Assembly (NCBI GenBank): GCA_031269795.1
Contig: JAISYR010000006.1
Coordinates: 1-63,777 of the forward strand
Source: Puniceicoccales bacterium
GTDB taxonomy: Bacteria > Verrucomicrobiota > Verrucomicrobiia > Opitutales > JAIRKQ01
DNA length: 63,777 nucleotides
Reading direction: 5' to 3'
Part shown: positions 17,899 through 27,674 of the stretch, in pieces
Layout: every line of letters starts with the position of its first letter
How positions within the stretch are numbered: the stretch's first letter is position 1
Program-made: the position numbers and the translations under genes
The notes under the pieces: generated by a model
Database searches by the model: none
Told to the model about the DNA's origin: nothing
The model's input: only the letters and a program-made list of their open reading frames with translations

Positions 17899-19274
17899 GG
17901 GATTTTTAATTCTTTCCGTAAATGGTCAAATACGCATTTGCTGGCAGTTTCATCGGATAGCAATTGCAGTTTTTCCATCTGTTCCAACCGCTGGGGAGCC
18001 ATAAAATCATCTCCATCTATCATTACCCGTGAAAATAACTTTTCAAGCTCGGCATTGCTATAAATTTGATAGTATGTGCCAATAATGTCTTTGCCGAAAT
18101 CATTGAATTCCCTTGATTGGTCACTTCTCCTCAGATGGAATACGGGTTTGCCACTTGGGAAATAGTCTGCCAAAAAAGAAATACAGTCGGTTATCAGGCA
18201 ATCCGATGTCTTAAACAAATCGAAATAATCCCCTCCCCTGATGATCGTTCCATATTTCCCCCATGCGTCATAGTATTCGTCGAGTTCCTGTTGTGTCATG
18301 ATTCCATCTGCAACAACACTTTGATCAAAACTAGGGTGAGGTTTAAGCACCCATGTGGTCTGTGGATACATGCTGGCCAAATTTAAAATAAATTGTCCAT
18401 TTTGTGGAAATGTTGCAACCCGATGTTGCGTTGTGAACGTAAAATGTGGTGCATAGATTATTCTTTTTTTAGCCGGAGATGCATCTTTCCAGAAGTCCAC
18501 ATTGGGTACTTTTTTTGAGAAATATTCATCCAAATGCAAGCTGCCGGAACTTACGCAATTGCCAGCTTTGAACCTACCTTTATAGGACTCTAAGTGCCAT
18601 GGCGATTCGACGAAATATTTCCACAAAAACCGATGAAATAATTCCAAATAGTCGTATTCGCTGCGCATCATATGGAAACAATAGGGAGTGTAGCATGTTA
18701 GAGCAAAATTTGCAACCGCAGTTATGCTTTGTATGTGTTCAAAGCCCCATGGCTGTTCGTAAAAAACGATGTCGGGGCTGAAAATTTTTAAATCCAAAAA
18801 TTTATTGTTCGTACTATCATAGGCATATTCCACATGCACATCAGCGTTTTTAAAAAATGAAACTGTTGCATTAAATTCTTCGGCGGTGTCGTAGCATATT
18901 ATTCTTTTGGTCACCAATATCAATGGTTCAAAATGGTTACTATTTTCAAGCAAATCGTAGAGGGTGTCGCAGTGCCACTTCGATGCTTCATTGACTAAAA
19001 ATGCAACGCGTATTTTCCGATGTTTTGCAGCTTTTTGCAAGTTTTGGAGATGCTGTGTGTAGAAATTGTCTATGGTTTTTTTAGCTCTGGTAAAACTGAG
19101 ACGCTTGATCCAGGGAAGGCGATTTATCTTTTCAAAAACCCTAGCTTCCTCTGCATTTTTTCTTCTTTGGAGGAAAAATTGACAAATATTTTTATATAAT
19201 TTTTGTAGAAAATTATCACACTTCCCTGCTTTTTTCACGTTTTTGAGAATATCATCTACCGTCCGCATTCTCAC
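17895..19274 (-). CDS. TagF/TarL-like CDP-alditol phosphotransferase (Glyphos_transf family)
   Basis: IIYAPHFTF, VLKPHPS and DCLITDCISFLADYFPSGKPVF resemble conserved TagB/TagF-family blocks. ATGA overlap with the downstream CDP-ribitol synthase gene. Confidence 0.55.
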   Translation of the reverse strand: MRMRTVDDILKNVKKAGKCDNFLQKLYKNICQFFLQRRKNAEEARVFEKINRLPWIKRLSFTRAKKTIDNFYTQHLQNLQKAAKHRKIRVAFLVNEASKWHCDTLYDLLENSNHFEPLILVTKRIICYDTAEEFNATVSFFKNADVHVEYAYDSTNNKFLDLKIFSPDIVFYEQPWGFEHIQSITAVANFALTCYTPYCFHMMRSEYDYLELFHRFLWKYFVESPWHLESYKGRFKAGNCVSSGSLHLDEYFSKKVPNVDFWKDASPAKKRIIYAPHFTFTTQHRVATFPQNGQFILNLASMYPQTTWVLKPHPSFDQSVVADGIMTQQELDEYYDAWGKYGTIIRGGDYFDLFKTSDCLITDCISFLADYFPSGKPVFHLRRSDQSREFNDFGKDIIGTYYQIYSNAELEKLFSRVMIDGDDFMAPQRLEQMEKLQLLSDETASKCVFDHLRKELKIP

Positions 19275-19310
19275 ATGAAGTAAAATGAAAAAACGGTACT
19301 TCTCAAATAA

Positions 19311-21713
19311 TTATTTTGTCCAGTATATTCTGCAGGAAAGAGGGGGTAAAATCAGCCTATTGTCCACAATTTTATCGAAAATTATTCGGTCGTCATGAAA
19401 AAATTGTTCCTCATCGGCCAACGTTGTACATTGTTGTAAATTCACTTCTTTAAAATCTATGGTACTCTCACTGAAGTGTGGGTTTATGGCGAAAATTAAT
19501 TGGCCATTTCCAAACGTATTGTCCGCATTATACACAAGCGCACATGCGGAATTTGCAGTCGATGGCAAAAAACGAAAATATGTTTTATTGGGAACCTGGG
19601 AAAGGCGCAAAATTGTACCGCGTTTGGACAGTCTGAGCTTGACTAAATTTTTAAAATAATTGTGTGTGTTCCGATGGACGTCCAATAGTCCGTAGTCGAG
19701 GGCATTCAAATCTCCCCGATTGTAGGTATTGCTCACACCATGTTTGGAAAACAAAAAATCTTGCCCTGCCGTTATCATGGGAATGCCAATTGACATCATA
19801 AGTGTGGCAAGGACCAATCGTGTGCGCCGCAGATCATTGTCTGTCGGCGCACTACCGTTATGATGCGGATTTTCTGTTATATTATCCACCCAGCCCCGGT
19901 CATCGTGTGAAGCCACATAATTTACACTCTGACTGGGAAATGTTGATCGAAAATCTAGGCCGCCACATAGAAAATATCTTAAACCATTCGAATTTCCGTT
20001 GCCGCACACATAACTTTTTACGAATTCCCTGTACTCATCATTCCAAACAGAATATGGAAGATGTCGCATAGAAACTCCGATATTGCCACGAAAGCTCCAT
20101 GGTTCTGCTATTAGAATAACTGATTTTTTTACACATTTCAATCTTTTTTGTAAAATATTTAAAAAATCCATACCCAATAGCTCAGCCAAATCAAACCTAA
20201 ACCCATCGATGTTGTAAGTTCTAATTAGGTGCTCTAGGCTATCCATGATCAGTCTACGCGCCATTGGATTTTCCGTTCGGAAATCGTTGCCACAACCGCT
20301 AAAATTTGAAAATTCCCCATTTTTGTTATGCCTAAAATAATAAGCCCTATCGATGTTTTGCAGATGGTTCGAATCCCCAAAGTGATTATACACCACATCC
20401 AAAATAACAGCGATGCCGGCTTCATGGAAACTGCGCACCATTCCCTTTAAATCCTGAATTTGGGTAGCATTGCCGGCATCATCGGCATAGGCACTTGACG
20501 GGCAAAACCAATTGGCGGGCATATATCCCCAATGGTATTCTTCCTTTGAAGAATAATCAAATTCCTGTATGGGTTGCAATTCTACGCAATTTATCCCCAG
20601 TTCACGCAAATAGCACTTCCGATCTACTAAATACTTTGTCAGCCCGGAGAAATTTAATCTTTCTTCGGCAGATAAATCCATGGGAGCATTGGCCAATAAA
20701 TCTCGCAAATGGGCTTCTAAAATTACCAAATCCTTCGGATCAGGAGTTATAAAAACATCCTCCGACGTTTCGGTAAGATCATTGGCTATAACAATTCCAG
20801 GTCCCTTGCTCGATAGAGCTGCTTTGGCGTAGGGATCAAGGACCATGGGAGAATTTTCCCAATTGTTGTTTTCTTTTGATAAAATCTGGTAGTAATAGTA
20901 GTAACCATCTAAGCGTTTGTGAATTTCACCATGCCAAATGCCAGTATTTGATTGTTGCAAATAATAATATTCTGGCTGGATAGCTTCCCTGGAGGAAATT
21001 ACAACCCTAACACTGGCAGCCCGTGGAGCAAAAATTTTAAAACTTGTGGTATTTTTACTTACGCTTGCTCCAAGCGGGGCATCATCATCCAGCGACGATA
21101 TCCAGGAAGAAAAGTCCACATCTAGGACGCAATCATTGGAAAATTGAACGATAAGGGAATCTCCCAACGCCATATCTGAAATTAAATGATATTGGAGAAT
21201 GTTATTACCAGTTACACGGGGATCAAAGACAAAATTTAGGGAACCTATTTCAGATATCTGCACATTGGGCGTGTTGCCGTCGGGACCGTACCAATCTCCC
21301 GTGGAGGAAATAAACTGAAAAGGAAATGGACGGTTCAGCAAAAACCTATTGATTCTTATCCCGAACAACCTTTTTCCGTGTATGTCCATTCTATGGAGCT
21401 GCCATTGGGTTGCCTTGTTTGCATTTCCCCAGTTCGACATTTCACAGGCTAGGAAAATTTTCTGGTGTTCTGGCAAATGGCTAGTACATTTTTCAGAGAA
21501 AACAAAGACGATATCATCTCCTTGCGCAAAATAACAATATCTATGGGCAAAGTTTGCATCATCGAATGTCGTTTCCCGAAAATCTACGATGCTTTGTTCA
21601 TTTTGTAAAATTTTTTTTATGCGTGGAACAACATCAATGGCCTTGCCCAAATCGACCCCATATTCAATCCATAGGGTGCAATTATCTATCAAATAGGCTC
21701 GTGGCTTCAGCAT
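19311..21713 (-). CDS. GH13 pullulanase / glycogen-debranching-type alpha-glucosidase
   Basis: All four GH13 regions are present: DVVYNHFG, GFRFDLAELLG, LIAEPWS, YVASHDD. About 200-aa N-terminal extension and no signal peptide. Confidence 0.8.
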   Translation of the reverse strand: MLKPRAYLIDNCTLWIEYGVDLGKAIDVVPRIKKILQNEQSIVDFRETTFDDANFAHRYCYFAQGDDIVFVFSEKCTSHLPEHQKIFLACEMSNWGNANKATQWQLHRMDIHGKRLFGIRINRFLLNRPFPFQFISSTGDWYGPDGNTPNVQISEIGSLNFVFDPRVTGNNILQYHLISDMALGDSLIVQFSNDCVLDVDFSSWISSLDDDAPLGASVSKNTTSFKIFAPRAASVRVVISSREAIQPEYYYLQQSNTGIWHGEIHKRLDGYYYYYQILSKENNNWENSPMVLDPYAKAALSSKGPGIVIANDLTETSEDVFITPDPKDLVILEAHLRDLLANAPMDLSAEERLNFSGLTKYLVDRKCYLRELGINCVELQPIQEFDYSSKEEYHWGYMPANWFCPSSAYADDAGNATQIQDLKGMVRSFHEAGIAVILDVVYNHFGDSNHLQNIDRAYYFRHNKNGEFSNFSGCGNDFRTENPMARRLIMDSLEHLIRTYNIDGFRFDLAELLGMDFLNILQKRLKCVKKSVILIAEPWSFRGNIGVSMRHLPYSVWNDEYREFVKSYVCGNGNSNGLRYFLCGGLDFRSTFPSQSVNYVASHDDRGWVDNITENPHHNGSAPTDNDLRRTRLVLATLMMSIGIPMITAGQDFLFSKHGVSNTYNRGDLNALDYGLLDVHRNTHNYFKNLVKLRLSKRGTILRLSQVPNKTYFRFLPSTANSACALVYNADNTFGNGQLIFAINPHFSESTIDFKEVNLQQCTTLADEEQFFHDDRIIFDKIVDNRLILPPLSCRIYWTK

Positions 21714-21788
21714 CGATAAAATTCATTTATATGTGAACGGACGTATTAATTCAAGCAATGGATTACACTATAGTAGCATTCCCAGATA

Positions 21789-23033
21789 CTAACCTTGCGC
21801 AACAGCACTTGTAGCTCCCATTATGGCTTGCACCATTCCCAAGGCAAGCAACCCCACAAGGGCAAAGGCGAACATCATCGCTCCAGCCGAAACGGATACT
21901 GTTAATTTCTTCAGTGTAGACTGCAATCTTTCATCGTACATTTTATGAACATCTCTAAATGATGATGCGAGATCTCCTATTTTTTCTCCAATTGCCAAAA
22001 GGTCGCATTGTTCGCCATCTATGATATTGTATTTTTCGAATGACGTACAGACACTGCAACCATCCAATATGTCTGTTTTGGCCCGTATAAATCGTTCCAA
22101 GAGAACCTCATTACCGATAGAGGTTTGTGCCAATTTCAACGCTTCGGATGTGTTGACTCCATTTGATAAAAGTGTTGCCATTAGTTTTGATAGGTTTGTT
22201 TTCATAAACAACGGTATTGTTATGGAAAATGGTGCCACTTTTAACATTAATTGGTCGGTTTTATATCGTCCCGCCTTGGTTTGTCTTATTTTCGGTATGA
22301 CAATGAGAGTAGCTACGATGCATCCTATCGCCGGTAACAGTAAATACGTAAACCATTGGGCTATGGATTTTAAAAGCCGTGCCATGGGGGGGAGACTTCC
22401 GCCAAGTTCTTTTATAAAATCTTCCATTTTTGGCATCAAAACGAACACAAACAGCAACATTACAGTAATGGTAAAAGTTACCATAAATGAAGGATACACA
22501 AGAGATGAAATCATCTTTTTTCGGAGTTCATTTTTGGACTTTAACAAATCAACCACATCTCCTAGTACGATTGCCAAATTTCCACTCGATTCTCCCACCA
22601 AAATAATGCTATATATGCTGCTATCCATTTTCATGTTTAAGCCTTTTATGGCATCCGAAAAGGACTGTCCTCCAGAAATATCCTGTGACAATTTGTCGGT
22701 TAAAACTTTTTCCGCTGGATTTCCAGTCCTCTTATTAACGATAGATATTGCATCGGACAATGTTATACCTGCAGCAAGCATTCTGTGTAATTTTTCGAAA
22801 AAAAACAATAGGACCTTATTTGTTACAGCTACCGGTCGATGCTTCTTTTGGAATAGCTGTTGGATAAGGTTTTGACTAGTCGCCACTGTTGTGATGGAAA
22901 TTAATTGTAAATGCTGTTGTTTTATCAACTTGGCAGCTTCTTGCTGGTTTGCTGCCGATATGGTAGAATTTACGACCTCTCCCGTCCCCCTAAAAGCTTT
23001 AAAAATAAAATTCACAGATTCAATGGTATTCAA
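21789..23033 (-). CDS. gspF: Type II secretion / type IV pilus platform protein (GspF/PilC family)
   Basis: 414 aa with duplicated T2SS-F domains, 3 TM segments and a typical N-terminus (FKAFRGTGEVVNSTISAANQQEAAKLIKQQHLQLISI). Only TTG (23033) or GTG (23015) starts are available. No other gsp/pil genes lie nearby. Confidence 0.8.
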   Translation of the reverse strand: MNTIESVNFIFKAFRGTGEVVNSTISAANQQEAAKLIKQQHLQLISITTVATSQNLIQQLFQKKHRPVAVTNKVLLFFFEKLHRMLAAGITLSDAISIVNKRTGNPAEKVLTDKLSQDISGGQSFSDAIKGLNMKMDSSIYSIILVGESSGNLAIVLGDVVDLLKSKNELRKKMISSLVYPSFMVTFTITVMLLFVFVLMPKMEDFIKELGGSLPPMARLLKSIAQWFTYLLLPAIGCIVATLIVIPKIRQTKAGRYKTDQLMLKVAPFSITIPLFMKTNLSKLMATLLSNGVNTSEALKLAQTSIGNEVLLERFIRAKTDILDGCSVCTSFEKYNIIDGEQCDLLAIGEKIGDLASSFRDVHKMYDERLQSTLKKLTVSVSAGAMMFAFALVGLLALGMVQAIMGATSAVAQG

Positions 23034-23071
23034 AAAATATTAGGATTGCAACAAAAAATATTAGGATTGCA
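23031..23071. repeat. Perfect 20-bp tandem direct repeat (period 21 bp) abutting or overlapping the gspF start
   Basis: CAAAAAATATTAGGATTGCA at 23031-23050 and again at 23052-23071, separated by one A. On the gspF strand it reads TGCAATCCTAATATTTTTTG twice, and the second copy ends in the TTG start. Confidence 0.9.
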
Positions 23072-23136
23072 TTAAATATAGCATGAAAAATTAACCCACC
23101 TTCCCTGGGACGATTTCTGGGGGAAACATCGAAATG

Positions 23137-24375
23137 TTAGCGTTTACCGGTAAAGATGTTTAGACAATCTACCAATGCTGTTATTGCTTTATCTATTTCT
23201 TGTTTTGTATTGTATAGGCACAGCGAAACTCTGGCGGTACCGGAAACTCCCAAAATCTGCATTAGTGGCTGGGCACAGTGAGTTCCAGCTCGTATGGCTA
23301 TTCCTCGACTTCCCAAATGGGTGGCAACGTCGTGGGCATGTACATCGTTTAAATTAAAAGAAAAAACCCCCGATTGATTTTTAGAAGTTCCATAGACTTT
23401 TATGCCAGGTATACTTCGTATTTTTCCACTGGCATATTGCACTAATTCGGAGAAATATGCCTTGGCAGATTTCCAATCTATTTCTTTTAAAAAATCTATG
23501 GCAGCTCCCAAGCCCAGTACGGCAGCAATGTCCGGTGTTCCCGCTTCAAATTTTGTCGGTGGTAGCTTAAAACTGCTTTTTTCAAAACATACTTTGTTTA
23601 CGATATTTCCCCCTACGTGATAGGGAACCATGTCTTGCAATAGGTCATACTTGCCAAACAAAAATCCACTGCCCGTTGGACCAAACCCTTTGTGACCCGA
23701 ACATGCAAAAAAATCACAATCAATCTCTTCCAAATTAATCTTTTCCGAAGCTAGGGAACAAGCCCCGTCGACCAGTATTTTCGCCTCATGGGCATGGGCA
23801 ATGGCTGCCAGCGCCCTAATATCATTAACGGTACCAAGTACATTGCTGATATGTTGGATGGCGACAAACTTTGTTCGTTTGGAAAATAAATGCTCATACT
23901 GGTCAATGTCGATGGTGTAATCTGCGTTTAGCGGAATAACCTTACGCCTAACCCCAATTTCTTGTTCTAAAACCTGCCATGGCAAATAGTTTGCGTGATG
24001 TTCTGCTGTCCCAATGAGAATCTCATCACCGGCCGTCAAAAATTTTCTTCCATAGCTGTAAGCAACCAAATTTATTGCCTCCGTAGTTCCTCGAACGAAT
24101 ATTATTTCATTGGGATTATTTACACCAAGATATTCGGCAACGTTATGGCGTGCCTGTTCATATTCATTGGTTGCCCTCTCACTAAATTCGTACATTCCAC
24201 GATGTACGTTAGAATTGTAGGTCGAATAAAAGTCGACGATTTTATCGATGACGGATTGGGGTTTTTGGGTCGTCGCCGAATTATCCAAATAGACTAATGG
24301 ATTCCCATTTCTAAGGGGTTTGCTAAGAATTGGAAACTGTTTTCGAAATTTTTCAATGGAGAATTCATAGCCCAT
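23137..24375 (-). CDS. sufS: Cysteine desulfurase, SufS/CsdA class (aminotransferase class V)
   Basis: FPILSKPLRNGNPLVYLDNSATTQKP, PLP-lysine context SGHKGFGPTG and active-site loop RAGTHCAQP. ATG 24375 preferred over the track start at 24447. Confidence 0.85.
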   Translation of the reverse strand: MGYEFSIEKFRKQFPILSKPLRNGNPLVYLDNSATTQKPQSVIDKIVDFYSTYNSNVHRGMYEFSERATNEYEQARHNVAEYLGVNNPNEIIFVRGTTEAINLVAYSYGRKFLTAGDEILIGTAEHHANYLPWQVLEQEIGVRRKVIPLNADYTIDIDQYEHLFSKRTKFVAIQHISNVLGTVNDIRALAAIAHAHEAKILVDGACSLASEKINLEEIDCDFFACSGHKGFGPTGSGFLFGKYDLLQDMVPYHVGGNIVNKVCFEKSSFKLPPTKFEAGTPDIAAVLGLGAAIDFLKEIDWKSAKAYFSELVQYASGKIRSIPGIKVYGTSKNQSGVFSFNLNDVHAHDVATHLGSRGIAIRAGTHCAQPLMQILGVSGTARVSLCLYNTKQEIDKAITALVDCLNIFTGKR

Positions 24376-24576
24376 GCTTCGCAAAAACATAAGGAAGGGT
24401 ACATTTTTTTGAAGCAAATTATTTCCTGGTGGGGAAAAAGAAGCCACTGATCCAATGCCAGAGACCGGAAAATTTTCCCAGAGGAATGAAAGAACGACAC
24501 TGAAATGGATCCCGTTGGATAAATTCTTTCCAAGAATAATCTTTCAAAATGGGTATAGGCTAATATGTAGTACAGA

Positions 24577-25230
24577 ATGCGAGATTTTATCACTGTGGCC
24601 ATCGATGGAGCTGCAGCTTCGGGGAAAACCTCAACGGCGCTGCGAATAGCCGACAAGTATAAATTTTTAGCGGCATCGACGGGTTCCTATTACCGGGCAA
24701 TTACATTAAAAATGATGGCTGCCAATATAAGTAGCGACAACGTTTCGGGCATGCAGCATTTCCTTGGAGAAATCGTCCTTGAAACGAAAATCATTGGAAA
24801 TATCTCAAACATAACCATCGATGGCAAAAGTTTTGAAGAAAAGGAATTGCGAACCCAGCAGGTGAATAAAAATGTCGCCTCCTATGCCACCATTCCCGCT
24901 GTTAGACAGCGTTTATTGTCATACCAGAGGTCACAAATTAGCGAAGCCCGTACCAATGGATTTCGTGGATTAATCATGGAAGGTAGGGATATAACGAGCG
25001 TAATTTTGCCAGATGCAGATCTGCGGTTTTTTTTAGAAGCCAGTGCACAGGAACGTTTATTTCGTAGGGAAAATGATTGGGAACATGACTACATAGCCGA
25101 ACGCGATAAAATTGATGTCGGGAGAACCATACGGCAAGACGGTGTGCATAAAATTGATACGGACATCAACGACTTGGGCGTCGTTGTGGCAATGATTTCT
25201 ACCGAAATAGACGAAATTCTATCCACCTAG
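24577..25230 (+). CDS. cmk: Cytidylate kinase
   Basis: P-loop VAIDGAAASGKTSTA followed by YYRAITL, typical of Cmk. Confidence 0.85.
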   Translation: MRDFITVAIDGAAASGKTSTALRIADKYKFLAASTGSYYRAITLKMMAANISSDNVSGMQHFLGEIVLETKIIGNISNITIDGKSFEEKELRTQQVNKNVASYATIPAVRQRLLSYQRSQISEARTNGFRGLIMEGRDITSVILPDADLRFFLEASAQERLFRRENDWEHDYIAERDKIDVGRTIRQDGVHKIDTDINDLGVVVAMISTEIDEILST

Positions 25231-25283
25231 AACGCAAACCTCTTCGAGGAATTTGATATCTTTTCACGCAAAACACTCAGCCA

Positions 25284-25676
25284 TTATTTGACCGTAACGA
25301 TAAAAATAGCAGAAACTACGATGTTACAAAGGGCGATATAAACCGCTGCACTGGCAGTATCTTTGGCTTTCTTAGCGAGGGGAAATTTCTTATTTTGAGA
25401 TGAAAAATTTACAACGGATTCGATGGCAGTATTTAAACATTCGGCAATCAGTAATATGAAGAAATCGGCAACTAGGAGAAAAAACTTCCAACTCCAACCA
25501 AGAAACCAAAAACAAATCGGTAAAATCACTATTCCGCATACGAGTTCCACCCGAAACGGCCGTTCATGACGCATGAAACGCATCCCACTGATGGAATAAC
25601 TCAGTGGATTAACAATGTACCGCCATAGGAAAATTATACATAGCCTGAATAATCTTCTAAAAATTTTCCTTTGCAT
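25284..25676 (-). CDS. dgkA: Diacylglycerol kinase (prokaryotic DgkA family)
   Basis: 130 aa, 3 TM. Motifs ECLNTAIESVVN and AKDTASAAV match E. coli DgkA EILNSAIEAVVD / AKDMGSAAV. Confidence 0.85.
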   Translation of the reverse strand: MQRKIFRRLFRLCIIFLWRYIVNPLSYSISGMRFMRHERPFRVELVCGIVILPICFWFLGWSWKFFLLVADFFILLIAECLNTAIESVVNFSSQNKKFPLAKKAKDTASAAVYIALCNIVVSAIFIVTVK

Positions 25677-25739
25677 ACTAAGAATTTTCGTTAACCCTCC
25701 TTAAAAGTTTCGTAAAAGACTTAGAGAATTAGGCTGTTA

Positions 25740-27671
25740 ATGCAACAGAAAAATAATCAAGAAAAATATTGGCAGACGTTGCTGTGTAAATTTGCAGCTT
25801 TGCTTGTAATTTTTTCAGGGGTACGGCTTTTGTTCTTTTGTAGCAACTACAAAATTTTTTCAAACGAGCCTCCTTGGCGTATTTTTAAAGCGTTCCTAGT
25901 GGGGATAAGATTTGATTTGGCAACCATTGCGACTTTTAATCTACCAGTTTGGGGATTTTGGTCACTACCTCTTAAACTTCGTTCTTGGAAAATTTTCAAT
26001 GCCATTGCGACAGGCTGGTTTCTTGTGGCCAACTTCCTAGCATTGCTTGTCAACATTATAGATGCAAAATATTTCTCTTTTACATTTAAAAGGATGTCGG
26101 GAGAAATATTTGGGGAGTCCGTATTATTAACGGAAGATCCATCCATATATGTCCACATGTTGGTGGAATACTGGTATATTGTTCTCGGCGGTCTAATGTT
26201 GATATATGCCCTATTCCTTGTGGCCTTTAAATTTAATCTAACAAACAAAACCGACAAAATTAGAAAGCGGGATTTCGCCTATTCCTTTGTTTCCATCATA
26301 GTGTTAATCGTATGTGTCCGTGGAGGCCTGCAATGTAAACCATTAAAACCAGTAGATGCCAATATCTATGCACCCAATGCACAAACGGTATGTTTGGTGA
26401 ACAATTCGGCATTTAACATTTTTCACACAAGGAAGAAAGTAAATCTACCACCATATAATTATTTTGTCGATGACGATGAAAAGTTATCGAAAATATCTCC
26501 CAGACATGGACCTGGGAAATTTTGCGATACATGCGCAGATTTTCAGGGCAAAAATGTATTCATAATCATTTTAGAAAGTTTTTCAGCGGAATATATTGGA
26601 GCACTTGATAGGGAATTCAAGGAATCGTCAGACATAACATTCACTCCATTTTTAGATTCTATCATAGAAAAAAGCTATATTTTTGATGGATTTGCCAATG
26701 GGACGATATCCATAGAGGGACTAACATCCATGCTATTGAGTATTCCTCCCTTGTTCGATTCGTTATACATAACAAGTGCATATTCTGAAAATACTGTAAA
26801 TTCATTGGCATCAATTTTGAAAGAGGATGGGTACAAGACATTGTTTTTCTACGGCGGGAAAAGAAATGCTTGTAACTTTGGAGGCATAGTGGGCAAGGCA
26901 CAATTCGACAAATACTATTGTCAACATGACTATGACGGTCCTAGTTCAGACATTAGCGGCTGGGGAGTGTATGATGAAGAATTTTTTCGGTTTGTCGCAA
27001 GGCAGATGGATAAAATAAAAGAACCTTTTTTTTCAGTTTTGTTTTCATTGTCTTCCCATCATCCATTTCTATATCCCCAGCGATTGCATGGAAAATTCCC
27101 GAAAGGTAATGAAAAATTACAAGAACTTATAGCCTACACGGATTATTCCCTGAAAAAATTTTTCGAAATAATAGAACAAATGGATTGGTATAAGAATACG
27201 TTATTCGTTTTGGTAGCCGATCACATAGCTTGTCCCCATCAAAGGTATTACAAAAATACCCTGGGAGGTTACTCGATTCCAATAATATTTTTCGATCCAA
27301 ATGGTAAATTAATTGGAAAATCAAGTGAAGTTGCACAGCAGATCGATATTATGCCATCAATTTTGGATTTGGTTGGAAGCAAACACAATTATTTCTCATT
27401 TGGTTCTAGCCTGTTTGACCAGAGTGCTCCAAGATTTGCCATAAGTCACAAAGACGGAATTTATCAGTTGATAACGAAAGATTTTGTTTGCAAGTTCGAT
27501 GGGAGAAATGTTATCGGCCTTTATCAGAGGTCAGACTTCCTTCTGCAAAACAACCTAGCGAAAGATCCAAAATTCTTTGTGGAGAAAGAAAATTTACAAG
27601 ATTTTACTAAAACTTTCTTGCAGCACTATGGCAAAAGCATTAAAAATAATGCCATGATCGTTGCCGATTAA
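25740..27671 (+). CDS. LTA synthase-family / phosphoglycerol-transferase-like sulfatase-fold membrane protein, paralogue 1
   Basis: About 5 N-terminal TM helices plus an extracytoplasmic alkaline-phosphatase-fold domain. Motifs IILESFS, ANGTISIEG, SSHHPF, VADH. Confidence 0.75.
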   Translation: MQQKNNQEKYWQTLLCKFAALLVIFSGVRLLFFCSNYKIFSNEPPWRIFKAFLVGIRFDLATIATFNLPVWGFWSLPLKLRSWKIFNAIATGWFLVANFLALLVNIIDAKYFSFTFKRMSGEIFGESVLLTEDPSIYVHMLVEYWYIVLGGLMLIYALFLVAFKFNLTNKTDKIRKRDFAYSFVSIIVLIVCVRGGLQCKPLKPVDANIYAPNAQTVCLVNNSAFNIFHTRKKVNLPPYNYFVDDDEKLSKISPRHGPGKFCDTCADFQGKNVFIIILESFSAEYIGALDREFKESSDITFTPFLDSIIEKSYIFDGFANGTISIEGLTSMLLSIPPLFDSLYITSAYSENTVNSLASILKEDGYKTLFFYGGKRNACNFGGIVGKAQFDKYYCQHDYDGPSSDISGWGVYDEEFFRFVARQMDKIKEPFFSVLFSLSSHHPFLYPQRLHGKFPKGNEKLQELIAYTDYSLKKFFEIIEQMDWYKNTLFVLVADHIACPHQRYYKNTLGGYSIPIIFFDPNGKLIGKSSEVAQQIDIMPSILDLVGSKHNYFSFGSSLFDQSAPRFAISHKDGIYQLITKDFVCKFDGRNVIGLYQRSDFLLQNNLAKDPKFFVEKENLQDFTKTFLQHYGKSIKNNAMIVAD

Positions 27672-27674
27672 ATC

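Noticed and set aside
22021-22875. 284-aa ORF on the plus strand
   Set aside because: It lies entirely antisense to gspF, which has clear family features. Its sequence is low-complexity and shows no recognisable motifs. Such mirror ORFs are typical of AT-rich genomes.
24448-24576. Replication origin at the minus-to-plus gene-orientation switch (sufS/cmk)
   Set aside because: The region holds only two poor DnaA-box-like nonamers with at least 2 mismatches each, no box cluster, no AT-rich unwinding repeats and no dnaA or dnaN nearby. Gene orientation switches again further right. A GC-skew calculation, which I could not do, would be needed.
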